Shown here: positions 40,352 through 53,520 of the stretch, in pieces | How the letters are laid out: each line of letters starts with the position of its first letter | Position numbering within the stretch: the stretch's first letter is position 1 | DNA from: Octopus vulgaris | Taxonomy: Eukaryota | Reading direction: 5' to 3' | Length of the DNA: 64,000 nt | Assembly: GCA_951406725.2 (NCBI GenBank) | Contig: OX597818.1 | Coordinates: 18,476,001-18,540,000, forward strand | Translations under genes and position numbers: made by a program | The notes under the pieces: model-generated | Told to the model about the DNA's origin: nothing | The model's database searches: none | Seen by the model: only the letters and a program-made list of their open reading frames with translations

Positions 40352-43300
40352 ATTCTCTTCTATTGGTGGTTTTACTCGAAGGAGATATTTGCGAAGTGTT
40401 GTATTACTCTTGAATACTGTCCTGATGCCATAAAGGCCGCATATCTTTTGTATCTTTTCGGAGAGGCCTTACACATAGGGTAGGTAGACTGTAGACAATT
40501 TATTGGCCTCGTCATCTCTCTTCTTCGTAATTGGAGTGGATAGTATACTTTTGGGGTAGTTGTTGCTTAACAGATCATTATTGAGTTTGATCATTTCTTC
40601 GTGGTGTGTATCACGATCGCTACTTATATTCTTTGCACGATGTTTTAGGCACTGAGCAATCTCTCTCTTTACACTGTATGGATGGTGGAAATTGAAGTTG
40701 AGGTATCGTCAAGTGAAGGTCGGCTTGCGATATACGGATGTCCTGAATCTATACTTGGTGCTTCTTATTAATACGTCCAGGAATGCCAGCTGATTGCCTT
40801 TTTCCTTTTAAATTGTGAACTGTATGGATGGAAAAGGAAAAAGACAATCAGCTGGCATTCCTGGACGTATTACTAACAAGCACCAAGTATAGATTCAGGA
40901 CATCCGTATATCGCAAGCCGACCTTCATTGGACGATACCTTTATTATGAATTATGAATTATGAAGAAGACAGAGGATGATATGACGTCAAACTTTTATGA
41001 ATTAAGATCTGGTCTGTTCGAATGCGACGACGTTCGAATTTCAGGATTTGAGATCTGATCTGTTTGAATGCTACAACGTCCAACTTATGAATTATGATCT
41101 GACCTCTTTCATAATTGAGATCAGGCGACTTTTTTGGATGACGTCAGAATACTATGAATCGAGATCAGATTACATTGAAGTATATGGCTTCAAAATTTAA
41201 TGCATTGAGATCAGGTCTGTTTAATGGCTACGACGTCAAATTTTATGATTCGATTTCTGGTCTTTTTGATGGCTGCAACGTCAAATTTTATGAATTGAGA
41301 TCATGTCTATTCGATGGCTACCACGTCAAAATTTTATGAAGTGAGAACAGGCAAGCTTAATGGATGACGTCAGAATTTTACAAATTGAGATCAGGTTAGT
41401 TTGAAGGCTACGGCCTCAAAATGTAATGCATTGAGGTCAGGTCTGTTTGATGGCTACAATATCATAATTATGTGAATTGAAATCTGGTCTTTTTTTATGG
41501 TTACGACGTCAAAATTTTATGATTTGAGTTCAGGTCTGTTTGATGGCTACAACCTCGAGATTATTTGTTAGCTACGATGTCTGGTCTCTGTGATGGCTAC
41601 AATGTCAACATTTTATGCATTGAGATCTACTCTGTTTGATGGCTACGGCTTCAAAATTTTATGAATGGAGAGCTACTCCTTTTGATCCCTATGACGTCCA
41701 ACTTTTATGAGTTCAGATCAGTTTCGATTGATGGCTACGACGACAAAATTTTATGAATTGAGATCAGGTCAGTTTGAAGGCTACGGTCTTAAAATTTTAT
41801 GCATCGAGTTCAGGTCTCCATATTTTCTACGACGTCAAAATTATATGAATTGACATCTGGTCTGCTTGATGGCTACGACACCAAATCTTGTTGTATTGAG
41901 TGAAATTAGGTCTGTTTCATGGCTACATCGTGAAAATTTTATAAATTGTGGTCTGGTCTGTTTAATTGCTACGTCGTCTAAATTGTATGAAATAAGATCG
42001 GGTGTGTGTGATGGATGATGTCATAATTTTATGGAATGTTATGAGGTCTGCTTCATGGCTACCGCGTCAAAATGTTACGAATTGAGATCTACTGTTTGAT
42101 GGATACGACATGAAAATTTTATGAACTAAAATCGGCTATGTTTGATGTCTTCGCCGCCAAATTTTTTTAATTGAAATCTGGTATGATTAATTGCTATCAG
42201 GTCTGTTTCAATCAAAATTTCAAGAATTGATATCTGGTGTGTTTGATGACTACGACGTTAAAATTTTATGAATTACGACCTGATCTCTTTGAATGCTACG
42301 ATGTCAGAACTTTATAAATTGAGATCAGGTTTGGTTGATTGCTACGACGCCAAAATTTTATGAATTGAGACCTGGTCTGTCAAATGGCTGTGATGTCTAA
42401 ATTGATGAATGAAGATCTGGTCTGTTTGATGGCTACGACGTCAAAATTTTATGAATTGATATCGGGTCTCGTGAATGCTACGACAACATTTGAACAACTG
42501 AGATCTGCTGTGTTTGATGGCTACAACGTCAAAGCTTTATGAATTGAGATCAGGTATGTTTGATGTGTACGAAGTCAAAATTTTATGAAAGGAAATCTGG
42601 TGTGTTTGATGGCTACGACGTCAAAATTTTATGATTCAAGGTCAGGTCTATTTGAATGATACATCGTCCAAATTTTATGAGTGAGATCAACGACGCCAAA
42701 ATTTTATGAACTGAGATTGTTGAACAGGTGTCTCTGTCCAAACTCCAATTCAAACCGCTTGCATTTACACATTTCTTTTGTAATTCCCATTAGTTGACCT
42801 GAAAAAATATGGTATAAAATGTTCCTAGGCGTTGGTTATCTATAGTGTTTCGATTTTTAGCAGTGAAGATGGATAAAGTGTCATTCCACATTCTATAAAC
42901 ACAATTTCATCATAAAACCTCCCACTTGACGACGGAAAAGTTTTCAGGAGTTCTAAGTTAACTTCCAGTGTAGTTTTGTATGCGTCACCTTTTTATTTTG
43001 CTCTTCGGGAGAATTCGTATATTTGCTCACCATCGGTTATGTTTGTGTTTGCGTACAAACTTTATTAATTCATTATTGTCCTTTCGTGCAAAAAGGAAAT
43101 TCCAGGAAGTTAGTTGTTGCTGTTTCTGATAAGACTGTTGCTTTTGTTGTTGTTAAGGTTTTTTTTTTTTTGAGGTGTTAATAACTGAAGAGAAATGTAT
43201 TAGAATGAATGTAATGAGACAAAAAAACAATAATTTTAGTCGACACATAGCGATTAAATTGATTACGGATACAAGAATACAAGATTTAAAGATCTTCTGC

Positions 43301-43460
43301 ACCTATTAAACTTTCATTCAATAACTTTTATTACATACTGAAAAAGAGTCTTGTAAAAAAATTAATGAATCCTGTAACAAATAAATACAAGACGTGAACA
43401 AAACAAAAACAAAAATAACTGTTACCTATCTTCGCAGGGAGAAAGAAATATTAGCTGAAA

Positions 43461-44077
43461 TCTCTCTATATAAAACTCAACTTGTGTGTCTGTGTATGTA
43501 TCTGTGTGTGTGTCTGTGTGTTTAGCTTCCCGGCACACCTCCTCCTGGCCAACAAATCGTAGAACCACCAAAAATGGGTCATTTAAAGTTTAAGCGAATG
43601 AAAATTGAACTGCGTTATTTCTGTTCCGAAATTCATCTCGCAAGTGCAAAAATCGATAATGTGTTTGTTTAGGCCTTGTCCCATGCATTGAATAGTGAAC
43701 TTTACTCAGTAGGCTGTTTGACGTGAATTGTGTTCACCACGCGTGCAAGCATGCGTAAATTGCATGAAAAATAAAAAATCAAGATATGAAAACGAATCGC
43801 CGTAAACATTGTAGAAATTCGGCAAAGAAGTGAATTTTTGGGATGTAGCCTGGAGGGTGTTTTCGTATTAATCGTTTGGATTTTGTGAACATATACCAAT
43901 TGTTTTCATAACATTTTTAACGATTTGAATTAAATGTGACCATTTTGCGTTGAGTCAGCAGTTTGAATCACTTTAACCAAATTTTAGCAGGCCGGATTTT
44001 TGATCATCACGATACATCGCCAGCGACTCCCTGAAACTCTCCCCTGAAATCTCCGTTGAGCCGGGCAATACTGCTAG
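43461..44077 (+). mobile_element. Non-autonomous Helitron
   Basis: A|TC start, GCCGGGCAATACTGCTAG|T end, internal (TG)-rich tract; ends shared with the 51077 copy. Confidence 0.8.
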
Positions 44078-44869
44078 TAGCAGATATATTTACGGAGGAC
44101 GGACAAAGAAGATCAGATAGATTAAAAGAAAGTGAAACTAAAATATAATTGCCAATTCAATATAGCATTTTAAGGTGTTGGCAAGCAAGCCCTTACATTA
44201 TTAGTACAGAACAAATATATATAAAATAGTATCATTGGCTGAGATGCTGAAATCAAATGGTTTTTCACCAGGAGTCAAGATGAAAACCATCTCGATAGAA
44301 GGTTCTAAAAACATATGACAAAGTAGAATGGTAGGAAGGGACTTCAAAGTAAACATTTTCTGGGACAGGACGATTAGAAATAATTCTAGGAAATCAAAGC
44401 CAGAGGTTATAGTTTTTCTCTCTACTCCCCTTAAAACTACGGAAATCTAAGATAATTTGTTATCATTGAAGGTCCTCCCACTATTGATGGACCTTATATA
44501 TATATATATACATGCTTGTCGTTGTGTTACTTAGCTCGTCGGTAACACTTTCACGTGATTAGAGGAAAAGAGAGAGAAAGGAAAGAAAGATAGAGAAAGG
44601 GGGAACGAGAAGGGTCCGTGATGTGAGGTAGAGGAAATGTAATTGTAGCGCTTTCATATATATATATATATTTCGTTTGTGGGGAAAATGGAAAAATAAG
44701 AGTGAATATTTATTTTATAAATGCTGTATATTAAATCTATAAAATAGTACATAAAGTATATGAAGCGTATATATAAAGTGCATTAAGTAATCATCGTATT
44801 CTAATTTCTTTTAATTTTCAATGAGTAGCAGATGAACGACTATCTTTTCATGCAGACACAAAACAGATT

Positions 44870-45063
44870 AAAGTCCCTGGTACTTATTCTATCGTTCTCT
44901 TTTGCCGAACCATTAAGTTACGGGGACGTAAGCACACCAACATCGGTTGTCAAGCGATGGTGTCGGGACAAACACAGACACACAAGCATAGACATACATG
45001 CATACATACATATATACATACATACATACATACATACATACATACATACATACATACATACGT

Positions 45064-45130
<67 letters not shown>

Positions 45131-45242
45131 TGTATGTATGTATGTATGTATGTATATACGACGGACTTCGTTTATTTTCGGTCTATCAAATACACACACA
45201 AGGCTTTGGTTGGCCCGAGGTTATAGTAGAAGACACTTACCC
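44870..45242 (-). mobile_element. 15650-type SINE with expanded internal microsatellite
   Basis: GTACTTATTCTATCG..TAAGTTACGGGGACGTAA..(CATA)n(TA)n(TATG)n..GGCCCGAGGTTATAGTAGAAGACACTT. Confidence 0.85.
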
Positions 45243-45419
45243 GAGAGAGAGAGAGAGAGGGGGGGGATGTGTTGCTGAAAATGCACTTAAAATTCAAAAT
45301 CTCGTAAATGTTTAAAATACATTTATTTACATATATACCAGACTAGTTTCAACAATATTTTTTGTTTAGCAATGGTAAAAGTGTAAAATTATATATATAT
45401 ATATATATATAAATTCGGG

Positions 45420-46212
45420 GTGAGTACTTGATAATTATAAGCACCTGTATATACCGTTTGGTGGTGTAGGTGGTGGAGTAAATTGATCAAAATAAAATAA
45501 AAACATGATGCGAAGGATTCAGCGGTACATATGTTTCGGGCCTTTATTAGACAGATTTATAACAATGCATAATGTATGTCTGTGGCCTTCTTCAGCCGCG
45601 CACAAACAGCTTCCACAAGGACATGTGTTACATCAAAAATTCTTGGTTGGGGATGCGAATCCTCTCATTCGCGTACGACATAATGCGGCAGCAGCATAGA
45701 ATTGAAGCGTCCATCTCCTTCTTCTCTCAATGTAGAATGAGGAAAACTGGATGTTGAGGTAATGTAAATAAATAAATACATATATAGACGTGAAGATGGA
45801 GGGGCGAGAATTCGGGACCAGGGATAAAAAATGTATAAAAGGTGTAAGTATAGAAAAATATAAAAATGTAGAGCATAAAGATATAAAGAGTTATAAGGAG
45901 ATGTAAAGGGGTTATAAAGGATATAAAGAAATATAAAGAAATATAAGTAAATGTAAAGGCATAAGGTTATAAAGTAAAAATAGAAATAGAAATAAGAGTA
46001 AAAAAACATGATAAAAACATGATAAAAATGTAAAAGAATGTAAAGATAAGGGATGTATAGAGGTTACGGACCAAGCATGGTGGTCAGGAGATTGATAAAA
46101 TTTAGTTGTAGAATTGTCAGTAAATCAACAGTTTCGTCTGGGGACCTAATGTGTTGTAAATCAGAGTTGATGAGCATTTAATCTGGTTTCTTGAATTAAA
46201 TGGACTTCTAGT
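45420..46212 (-). mobile_element. Penelope-like 3' end (ORF tail plus pLTR)
   Basis: LEVHLIQETRLN resembles a GIY-YIG C-terminus; sense-strand hammerhead downstream. Confidence 0.55.
45522..45599 (-). ncRNA. Type-I hammerhead ribozyme with extended stem II
   Basis: GCGG-CUGAAGA-AGGCC(~40 nt)GGCCC-GAAAC-AUAU-GUA-CCGC: stem I GCGG/CCGC, palindromic ACAUAUGU stem III, GUA site. Confidence 0.85.
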
Positions 46213-48379
46213 ACATACATATCATCATGGATACATACACCCACATACACGCGTACATATACGCCTCCAAGCCTATAAGCATACACACGCACTCGCGTGT
46301 AAACATGTACATAAACACACACGCACCCACACGCACGCGCGTACACACACATACATACAACAGAATATCCGCATGCATACACGGACACTATACGCGTACA
46401 CACTCACATGTACATACGCGCCCATCCCTACATACACACACGTATATGCCCACGCCTCTAGGTCTAGATATAAGATATTAAAGGATGTATATAAGAACGT
46501 ATGTAAACAGTCACGTACTCATGTCTATACGTGCACGCACACACGGCTGTGTGTCCGTATGCGCGTGCACATATACACTCATATACACACACAGAGACAC
46601 ACGCGCATATGGGTATAGCTATAAGATATCGAAATATGCATGTACATATATGCGCGTGCATATGTATGTATGCGTATACACACGTACGTGGACGCTCGTA
46701 TAGTCAAAAAGTGGGTCTATAGGTAAGTAAACTCTCTATATATATATATATAGCTGGCTCGTCAGTTTGATAGACTACATGCCTCTCCAAGTTGACCATA
46801 GGAGAATTTGAACTAAAAAACCTCGAGCTAACGGAAGGTCTTTCAGTTTTAGATTCCTACAACTGCTTAGACTAAATGAGCTTCTCCTATCCTGCGGTAT
46901 CACTTTTTATCTTGCAGTATTAAATTATTTTTGAGATACAACAAACACAATACGTTGCCATTCTCAGAATACGTACAACCAATCATTTGCTTAGTTATTT
47001 GATATCGTAACTACACTTACTTATATATGTTGTTCATGCTCAGTTTAAAATGTACAAATAACATATTTTGCTCTTGTTTTATTCCAGTATAATATAATAC
47101 ACATAATATTCAAAACATGAACAAGCTTACCAACAAAACCTGTTTTTTGTTTTCAGGAAGTCAAACAATATAAAATGAGGTCTGAGGTAATAGACAGCTG
47201 CAGGAAGGATGGAGAAAATAACTCTAGAACCAAGTATGTATAAGCACTCATTTAAATGGATCCCCATCACATTCGACGATGCATTTTTGCCGTTATTTGA
47301 TCAAATGAGTTAATGCCTCTTTGAATTAGCGTGTAAGTGACTGAGTATTCCACAGACAGGTCTACATTTATAGTAATTCTTAAGTAATAACCAGCGCGAT
47401 ATAATGTGGAGCAATGCTTGAATCTTTATTGACACGAGCGACCCATCTGACAAGCTTTCATTCACTTTGTCTTTACCTAATTTTACGTAGAAAGGCATGT
47501 ACCTTTCCAAGGATGTAGTAAATAGCGTTTGAAAGCTTCAAAATTCTGCGATTGAATTCAAGACATCATGGATATGAAGTGAAAGTTTTAATCACTCGAT
47601 AAAACGACGAATAAGTTGTTCAGTCGATCTGAGTTCAAATCCTACCAAAGCTATGTTTCCCATTCAACTTTTCGGTATCAATAAATAAGGTGCCAGTCGA
47701 AGGAGGTCGATTTGCTGGAGCGTTAGAACGTAGATCAAAATACCTTGGGGTATCTTGCCCTGCGTGATATCTTAACCCACCAGTGGCCAAGTCATCAATC
47801 CCAAACAGACTGGGATGAAGCATATAGGCGAATTATACCAGACTATAAAACAGACAAGTCTCCCATCGTTCCAATGCACTCTCATATGGGTTCAGGAGCT
47901 TTGAAGATCAGGCCATGTGGAAATCGAACTTGCATGTCATTGTTAACACTTAATCAATCTCAGTAGCAAAAAATAATGAGTCTTAGAAACCCTGGAAACA
48001 TGCTTATCAACGGAGAAACGTTACCGCCGATAGCATTGTAAGTGGTCCACACAGTTCTTAGTCTCGCTACATGTTTTGTTTTGATAATCTTAAACGGAAT
48101 ACAGACACAGCTTTCTTGCATATGAGTGCCTACGGCAGATAACTTCTACGAGTGAAATTGAAATCAATAATGAAAGCCCAAAAACTACTAGATGCCGTCA
48201 TTTACATCGCTGGTGTTTTTCACATATGATATGCAAGTTTTATCTTACTACATGTTATCATGTTATCTTCCCATTACGTTGGTAGAACTATCGAAACGTT
48301 GATTTCCTGGTGGTTTCTTCGGTAACGTCTTATGATACCAATAGCATAAAGCGTGACCTGACATGCACATACATACATG

Positions 48380-48455
<76 letters not shown>

Positions 48456-49090
48456 CACACCCTGTATAATGATTCTACTACGGCAGAATATTTCATAGGA
48501 AGGAAGTGAAAGAAAGAAGTCATATGCGTGGCTGAGTAAACCAAACACACGTACTATTATAGTAAAATAATCATTATATAAAGCCAATGATATGCATTAT
48601 TCAAAAAATGGTCTGTTAAAATATTATTGTAAATGTATTCGAATTAATTAATAAATTAATGAAATTTAATTTGCACAACACAATTTTTACTGAATAATCT
48701 GGAATTTAATGTAGGTATATCTACAATGTTTTAAATTATAAACCTAGATGCAAAATGTTAAGAATATATATGAATACTTATACTTCAGTATGGGCAGAAA
48801 AAAACATTTAAATTTTATTAAACTTAAATTAAATCAACGATTTGTCGTAAAACACAAAATAATCTCCTTTGATTTCGCGGTCAATGCTTTGAAGGATAAA
48901 CAAAGCTGTCACTCAACATATGTGTACTCATATTTTGTATATTCTTCAATCAAAACCAATACTTTACTTTGGCTTCATTTAGTACATGTATATTTATTTA
49001 TATATGATTCTTTGAAAACACACTGTCTTTGTTTCAATTAATTATGAAAATAACGAAGACTTTTGTAAAATAGCGTTGTCATTATTAAAG

Positions 49091-49331
49091 CTGCTGTTTG
49101 GAACAGAACGTAAAATTTTGATGGAAGATTTCAAGATACACCACTGTAAAAAAGAAGTTTGTGTCGTAGAACTGCTGTTTGGAACAGAACGTAAAATTTT
49201 GATGGAAGATTTCAATATACACCACTAAAAAAGAAGTTTGTGTCGTAGAACTGCTGTTTGGAACAGAACGTAAAATTTTGATGGAAGATTTCAAGATATA
49301 CCACTGTAAAAAATAAGTTTGTGTCGTAGAA
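49091..49331. repeat. Three near-identical ~80-bp tandem units
   Basis: CTGCTGTTTGGAACAGAACGTAAAATTTTGATGGAAGATTTCAA.. starting at 49091, 49172 and 49251. Confidence 0.95.
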
Positions 49332-49747
49332 CAAGCGGCAGTTTCAAGCATATTAGTACCAAAATAGTTATAAATATCCATGAATATGATGATTACCATC
49401 TTCTGTTTCAGTTGTAGATCATGTGATTCTTTCGATGATTACACACGCCAATCGTTACATGATAAATTCAGTTGCAGACGGAATATATAAATGTTTGTTT
49501 GGAGGAACCAGATCTAACTCTGCTTGTTTGTAATCCTCTTATCTGGCTTCTAATAGTGCTGGGTACGTTCCTCCTTTATTTATTTATTTAATTTTTCAAA
49601 TCCAACGATGAGGTAACCAAAGCCTTGCCCCATTAAACCGCTTCTCTGAGGTTCCAGCCACAACTTGACCATGGTGTAGTTTCCGTAGAAGATACTATGG
49701 CATAAACATGATTGGCTTACACATTACATTTTACCGTATATTAGCTA

Positions 49748-50131
49748 GTGGAGGTGCAATGACCCAGTGGTTAGGGCAGCGGACTCGCGGTCGGAGGATC
49801 GCGGTTTCGATTCCCAGACCGGGCATTGTGAGTGTTTATTGAGCGAAAACACCTAAAGCTCCACGAGGCTGCGGCAGGGGGTGGTGGTAAACCCTGCTGT
49901 ACTCTTTCACCACAACTTTCTCTCGCTCTTTCTTCCTGTTTCTCTTGTACCTGTATTTCAAAGGGCCAGCCTTGTCACACTCTGTGTCACGCTGAATCTC
50001 CTCGGGAACTACGTTAAGGGTACACGTGTCTGTGGAGTGCTCAGCCACTTGCACGTTAATATCACGAGCAAGCTGTTCCGTTGATCGTATCAGCTGGGAC
50101 CCTCATCGTCGCAACCGACGGAGTGCTCCTA
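49748..50131 (+). mobile_element. Full-length tRNA-derived SINE with 10-bp TSD
   Basis: A box TGACCCAGTGG, B box GGTTTCGATTCC; TSD ATATTAGCTA at 49738-49747 and 50132-50141. Confidence 0.93.
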
Positions 50132-50424
50132 ATATTAGCTAACATTATGAAGCCTGATCGACCGTTTCACAATATTTGTATAGTTTAAGTTTCATATAAA
50201 TATGATACACTAATTTAATACTTGAGGTGAGGACCTTTACTTCTTTGACGGTTTCTATGACTGTGAAGTCTGGTCGTTCCAGAGTACGAAGAGAAACCAA
50301 TCCAGGTGATATTTAAAACTTAGTCCTCATCAATATTTTGTGAGATTTGGCAGACGGAAAATATTTCGAAACCTGGCGTACACACTCACACACACACATA
50401 CACACACATACACACACACACAAG

Positions 50425-50456
<32 letters not shown>

Positions 50457-51076
50457 CACAAGCGCACACACATAAGCGCACACATATGCACATGTATATA
50501 CTTGTATAGACGCGCGTACACACACGTGCACGCACATAGGTACACACACACATACATTACTCCTACACACGTACATGAAATTGTTTAGTTTACAAGGGTA
50601 AAGTATTCATTACACGCGGTAGAGTTTATATTTAATAGAAATCAGTTGATGTTTTCTCTCCGTTCCTACACAAAGTTTCCTTCCAAGTCAGCTTGTTCAG
50701 GCAACAATGAAGGGAAACAAACAGAGCATCAGTTCCACTGATTCTCTTAGGTGCTAAACGATCAGATGGTAGTTTGTATTTCAGTTTTAAACAAATATAT
50801 TATAGCTGCCGTTTCTATCTTCTGCAATATGAGCACTCAGAACTGGCATGTACTTATCAATGTAGTAGTCGTTATTGTTGCTGTTGTTGTTGTTGCATAG
50901 TCTTAGATCAGTTCTGATCGAGCAACTCAGAAGTGACTCACAGATCTCTTTTTCTATTTCTACCACGTAGCTGTCTAAATTTCAACGATACTGCACACTC
51001 CGATACGCAATAGCTTCAGTTGCAGTGTGACTGTGTGGAAATGTTACTCTCCCTCAAGTCAAGCTTTATACTTATA

Positions 51077-51589
51077 CTAGCAGTATCGCCCGGCGTTGCT
51101 CGGATTTGTAAGGGAAATAACTATATAAGCATTTTTAGAGAGTTACTTCCCTTATAGATGCCAATTCGGGCTTTCTTAGCCATTTCTGTTTTGGTGTCTT
51201 CAAGCCATGAAGTCGTTGTTCTAAAAGAACGCTGGTCTCCTTGACAACGCTTTACGACGTTGATTTCCTTACACTCCCTTCTCCGCAGCTTCACGAGGGA
51301 GGGAAGAAGGGGGAGAAGCAAACAGGTGCAGGTGTGACCATGGACGCCAACTCCGCCGCCATCGACACACGAAAAATTACGCATTAAAATGGAATAAAAA
51401 AATACGTTAAATTATTTTTAAAATCGTAGACTCATCGTAGACGCGCGCTAATACTCAGACGGGCTCGATATGAATCACGACTATAAGATACCCGAATTTG
51501 GTTAAACTGCACCGCAAAATGTGGGAGTAGTTAGGAATCTAAATCGAAGGGGACAGACACTCACACAACTACAGTTTTATACATATAGA
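51077..51589 (-). mobile_element. Non-autonomous Helitron
   Basis: Minus strand A|TCTATATGTATAAAAC.. to ..CCGAGCAACGCCGGGCGATACTGCTAG|T (subterminal hairpin, CTAG, A/T target). Confidence 0.88.
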
Positions 51590-51699
51590 TGTCTGTAGAT
51601 TCCAAAGGTTCTTGCAGCGAAGACGGTCAAGATGGAATCAACCACAGTGCGGCATTTGCTGTTCTTGTACCCTTATTGTTAGTGCTATGCATCCAACTA

Positions 51700-53200
51700 T
51701 TTGAGTCTACAACTAAAGCTATTGATATTGCGGCAACTTCGGTATGTATATGACACTTGCGCTTTTAGGTTGAATGAGAGAGATAGTAATTAGTTTGGCA
51801 ACCTGATTAGTAGTTAGCTAGCCAGTTTATCGTGTTGTTTCATGAATGTTTATTGCATGGATGGCTTGCAGAGATTGGAGATGAAAGTTGGGTTGATATC
51901 TGTGGCTGGTAGAATAGTGTACTTCGAGTAGGAGTTTGTTTTGTTGATGACGCCATTACATATTTCTTGTGTCAGGTTTGAGATGGGTATGGCAGTTAAA
52001 TACAGTGGTCTGAACCCGTATTGGACGCTAAGAATTGGCCTTTATAGAATATTTTGGGATATGTATAAGAAGGTTGTGAATTATATCCCTTCACCTTGGC
52101 TTCTGTGGGGATATTGTCATAAACTTTTCCACATTCCAGAGTCTGATATTTTGACAAAGATGGTACATATAGATATTGGGCATGCAGTGATTCCTCAGTA
52201 GCCTAGATATTTTAGGTGTATGTATGTGGTTTTGTCTTGATCCGCAGGCTATTGATATTTTATTTTCCTGTTGTGTTGGGATTCCTGATACAAAGCAAAA
52301 CTGTGGTCTATATGGAAGGTGCTTATTCTTCGCGTTATTCTTGCTTTTTTTTTTGTTCGAGTGGATATTGCAGGCTGATTTTCCAGCAATTCAGCTATGG
52401 TTGACTGCTTGATGTTGCAGTGACGGCGTATTATTTGATATTGTTATCCTGACATGTGGCTGTGGTGAAACCATTATTTTGTTAGTACTGGTGGTGCTGC
52501 TAATTTAATCTATATAGTGATTTACTGTATTTTTGGTTCATATTAGATACAAATGCTTGCCAGTTTTCTCATTTTCCAAGGTTTATTTATTTCTTTTTAC
52601 TTTATTTAGTTCTTTGATGCTGAATTTATTTCAGTTGTGTATGGTTTTCGGTGTATTGTAATTGATGATGTCTCTGAATTTTATGAGGTTGGTTATTTCT
52701 AGTGTGTAATTGCTGTTGTATTTTTTTATGTTGCCGTGTGAGATATATTTTTTAGAAGCGCCTATAATTATTTTCGTTGAATGTAAGTACTGCAGTGTCT
52801 ATGTCGATGATTGTAACGTTGTTGAATTATGAAAAAAACTGCTTCTGTTTCTTGGTGTAACTCGTTCTACTGTGCTTTTCTGAAGTTTGTAATATTTTAT
52901 TTTTATTTTTACCTACTTCATTGATAAACGAATGCGTTGTTGATGATAATTGGTAGGTAGTCTGATGAATATTGGAGAATTGTTTACCATGTGGCTGTGG
53001 GAGCTATATATAAGGATCGGAGGGTGAGGAATGGGTATATCTGATGTATCTGGCTTCGCGAGTTAAATGTGTGTGATAGTGTGAATTGCTGAGGATGTAA
53101 TTAATGGGAGTTTAGGTGCGATGGTGTTACAGCATCACTCTTGTTATCTGTACAATTTGGAAACCAAGAGGTGTAGAGTGCATTCAAGTGTTTCCTTGTA
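51700..53200 (-). mobile_element. Decayed retroelement remnant, probably Penelope-like
   Basis: Strong G/T strand skew; fragments such as EKTGKHLY and KNKHLPYRP resemble PLE ADKTxNxY and PxRxI motifs. Confidence 0.35.
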
Positions 53201-53485
53201 ATGTTGTTCGTAACAATGTTAAAGTACCCTAGCTGGTGTATAATCTGATGAATAGAGATCTGTGTCCGTGTGTATGTGTGTGTGGATGTGTGCGTGGATG
53301 TGTGTATATATGTGTGTGTGTATTAATGTTTGCTTTTATGTCGAGATATGATAAAGACAATTTTACTGAAAGATTACTCAATAATTCTGTAGAGTACATA
53401 TTTAGTATTCTTTTAGCAGAGCAGTTTTGACGGTGATTTTGATGTTTCGGTCAGCTTAGCCTTTGTCGGACAGTTGTTGTAACAG

Positions 53486-53516
<31 letters not shown>

Positions 53517-53520
<4 letters not shown>

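Larger units (their letters stand above)
39728..40940 (-). mobile_element. 5'-truncated Penelope-like element inserted in the satellite
   Basis: RT C-terminus SIQFTI*KEKGNQLAFLDVL..TSVYRKPT..YLNFNFHHP; GIY-YIG domain; 3' UTR with tRNA-like box and hammerhead; 5' foldback. Confidence 0.93.
36851..42718. repeat. Diverged 46-bp tandem satellite (blocks ~36851-37045, ~37485-39727, ~40945-42718)
   Basis: Consensus ~GAGATCTGGTCTGTTTGATGGCTACGACGTCAAAATTTTATGAATT; period 46 counted at 42412/42458; roughly 90 monomers by length. Confidence 0.95.

Noticed and set aside
36851-42718. CRISPR-like appearance of regular short repeats
   Set aside because: No unique spacers: the whole 46-bp unit repeats with divergence. 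There are no cas genes and the context is eukaryotic.
50240-50290. GACT/AGTC hairpin followed by GAAAC-C-GTC on the minus strand
   Set aside because: No CUGANGA at the right spacing.
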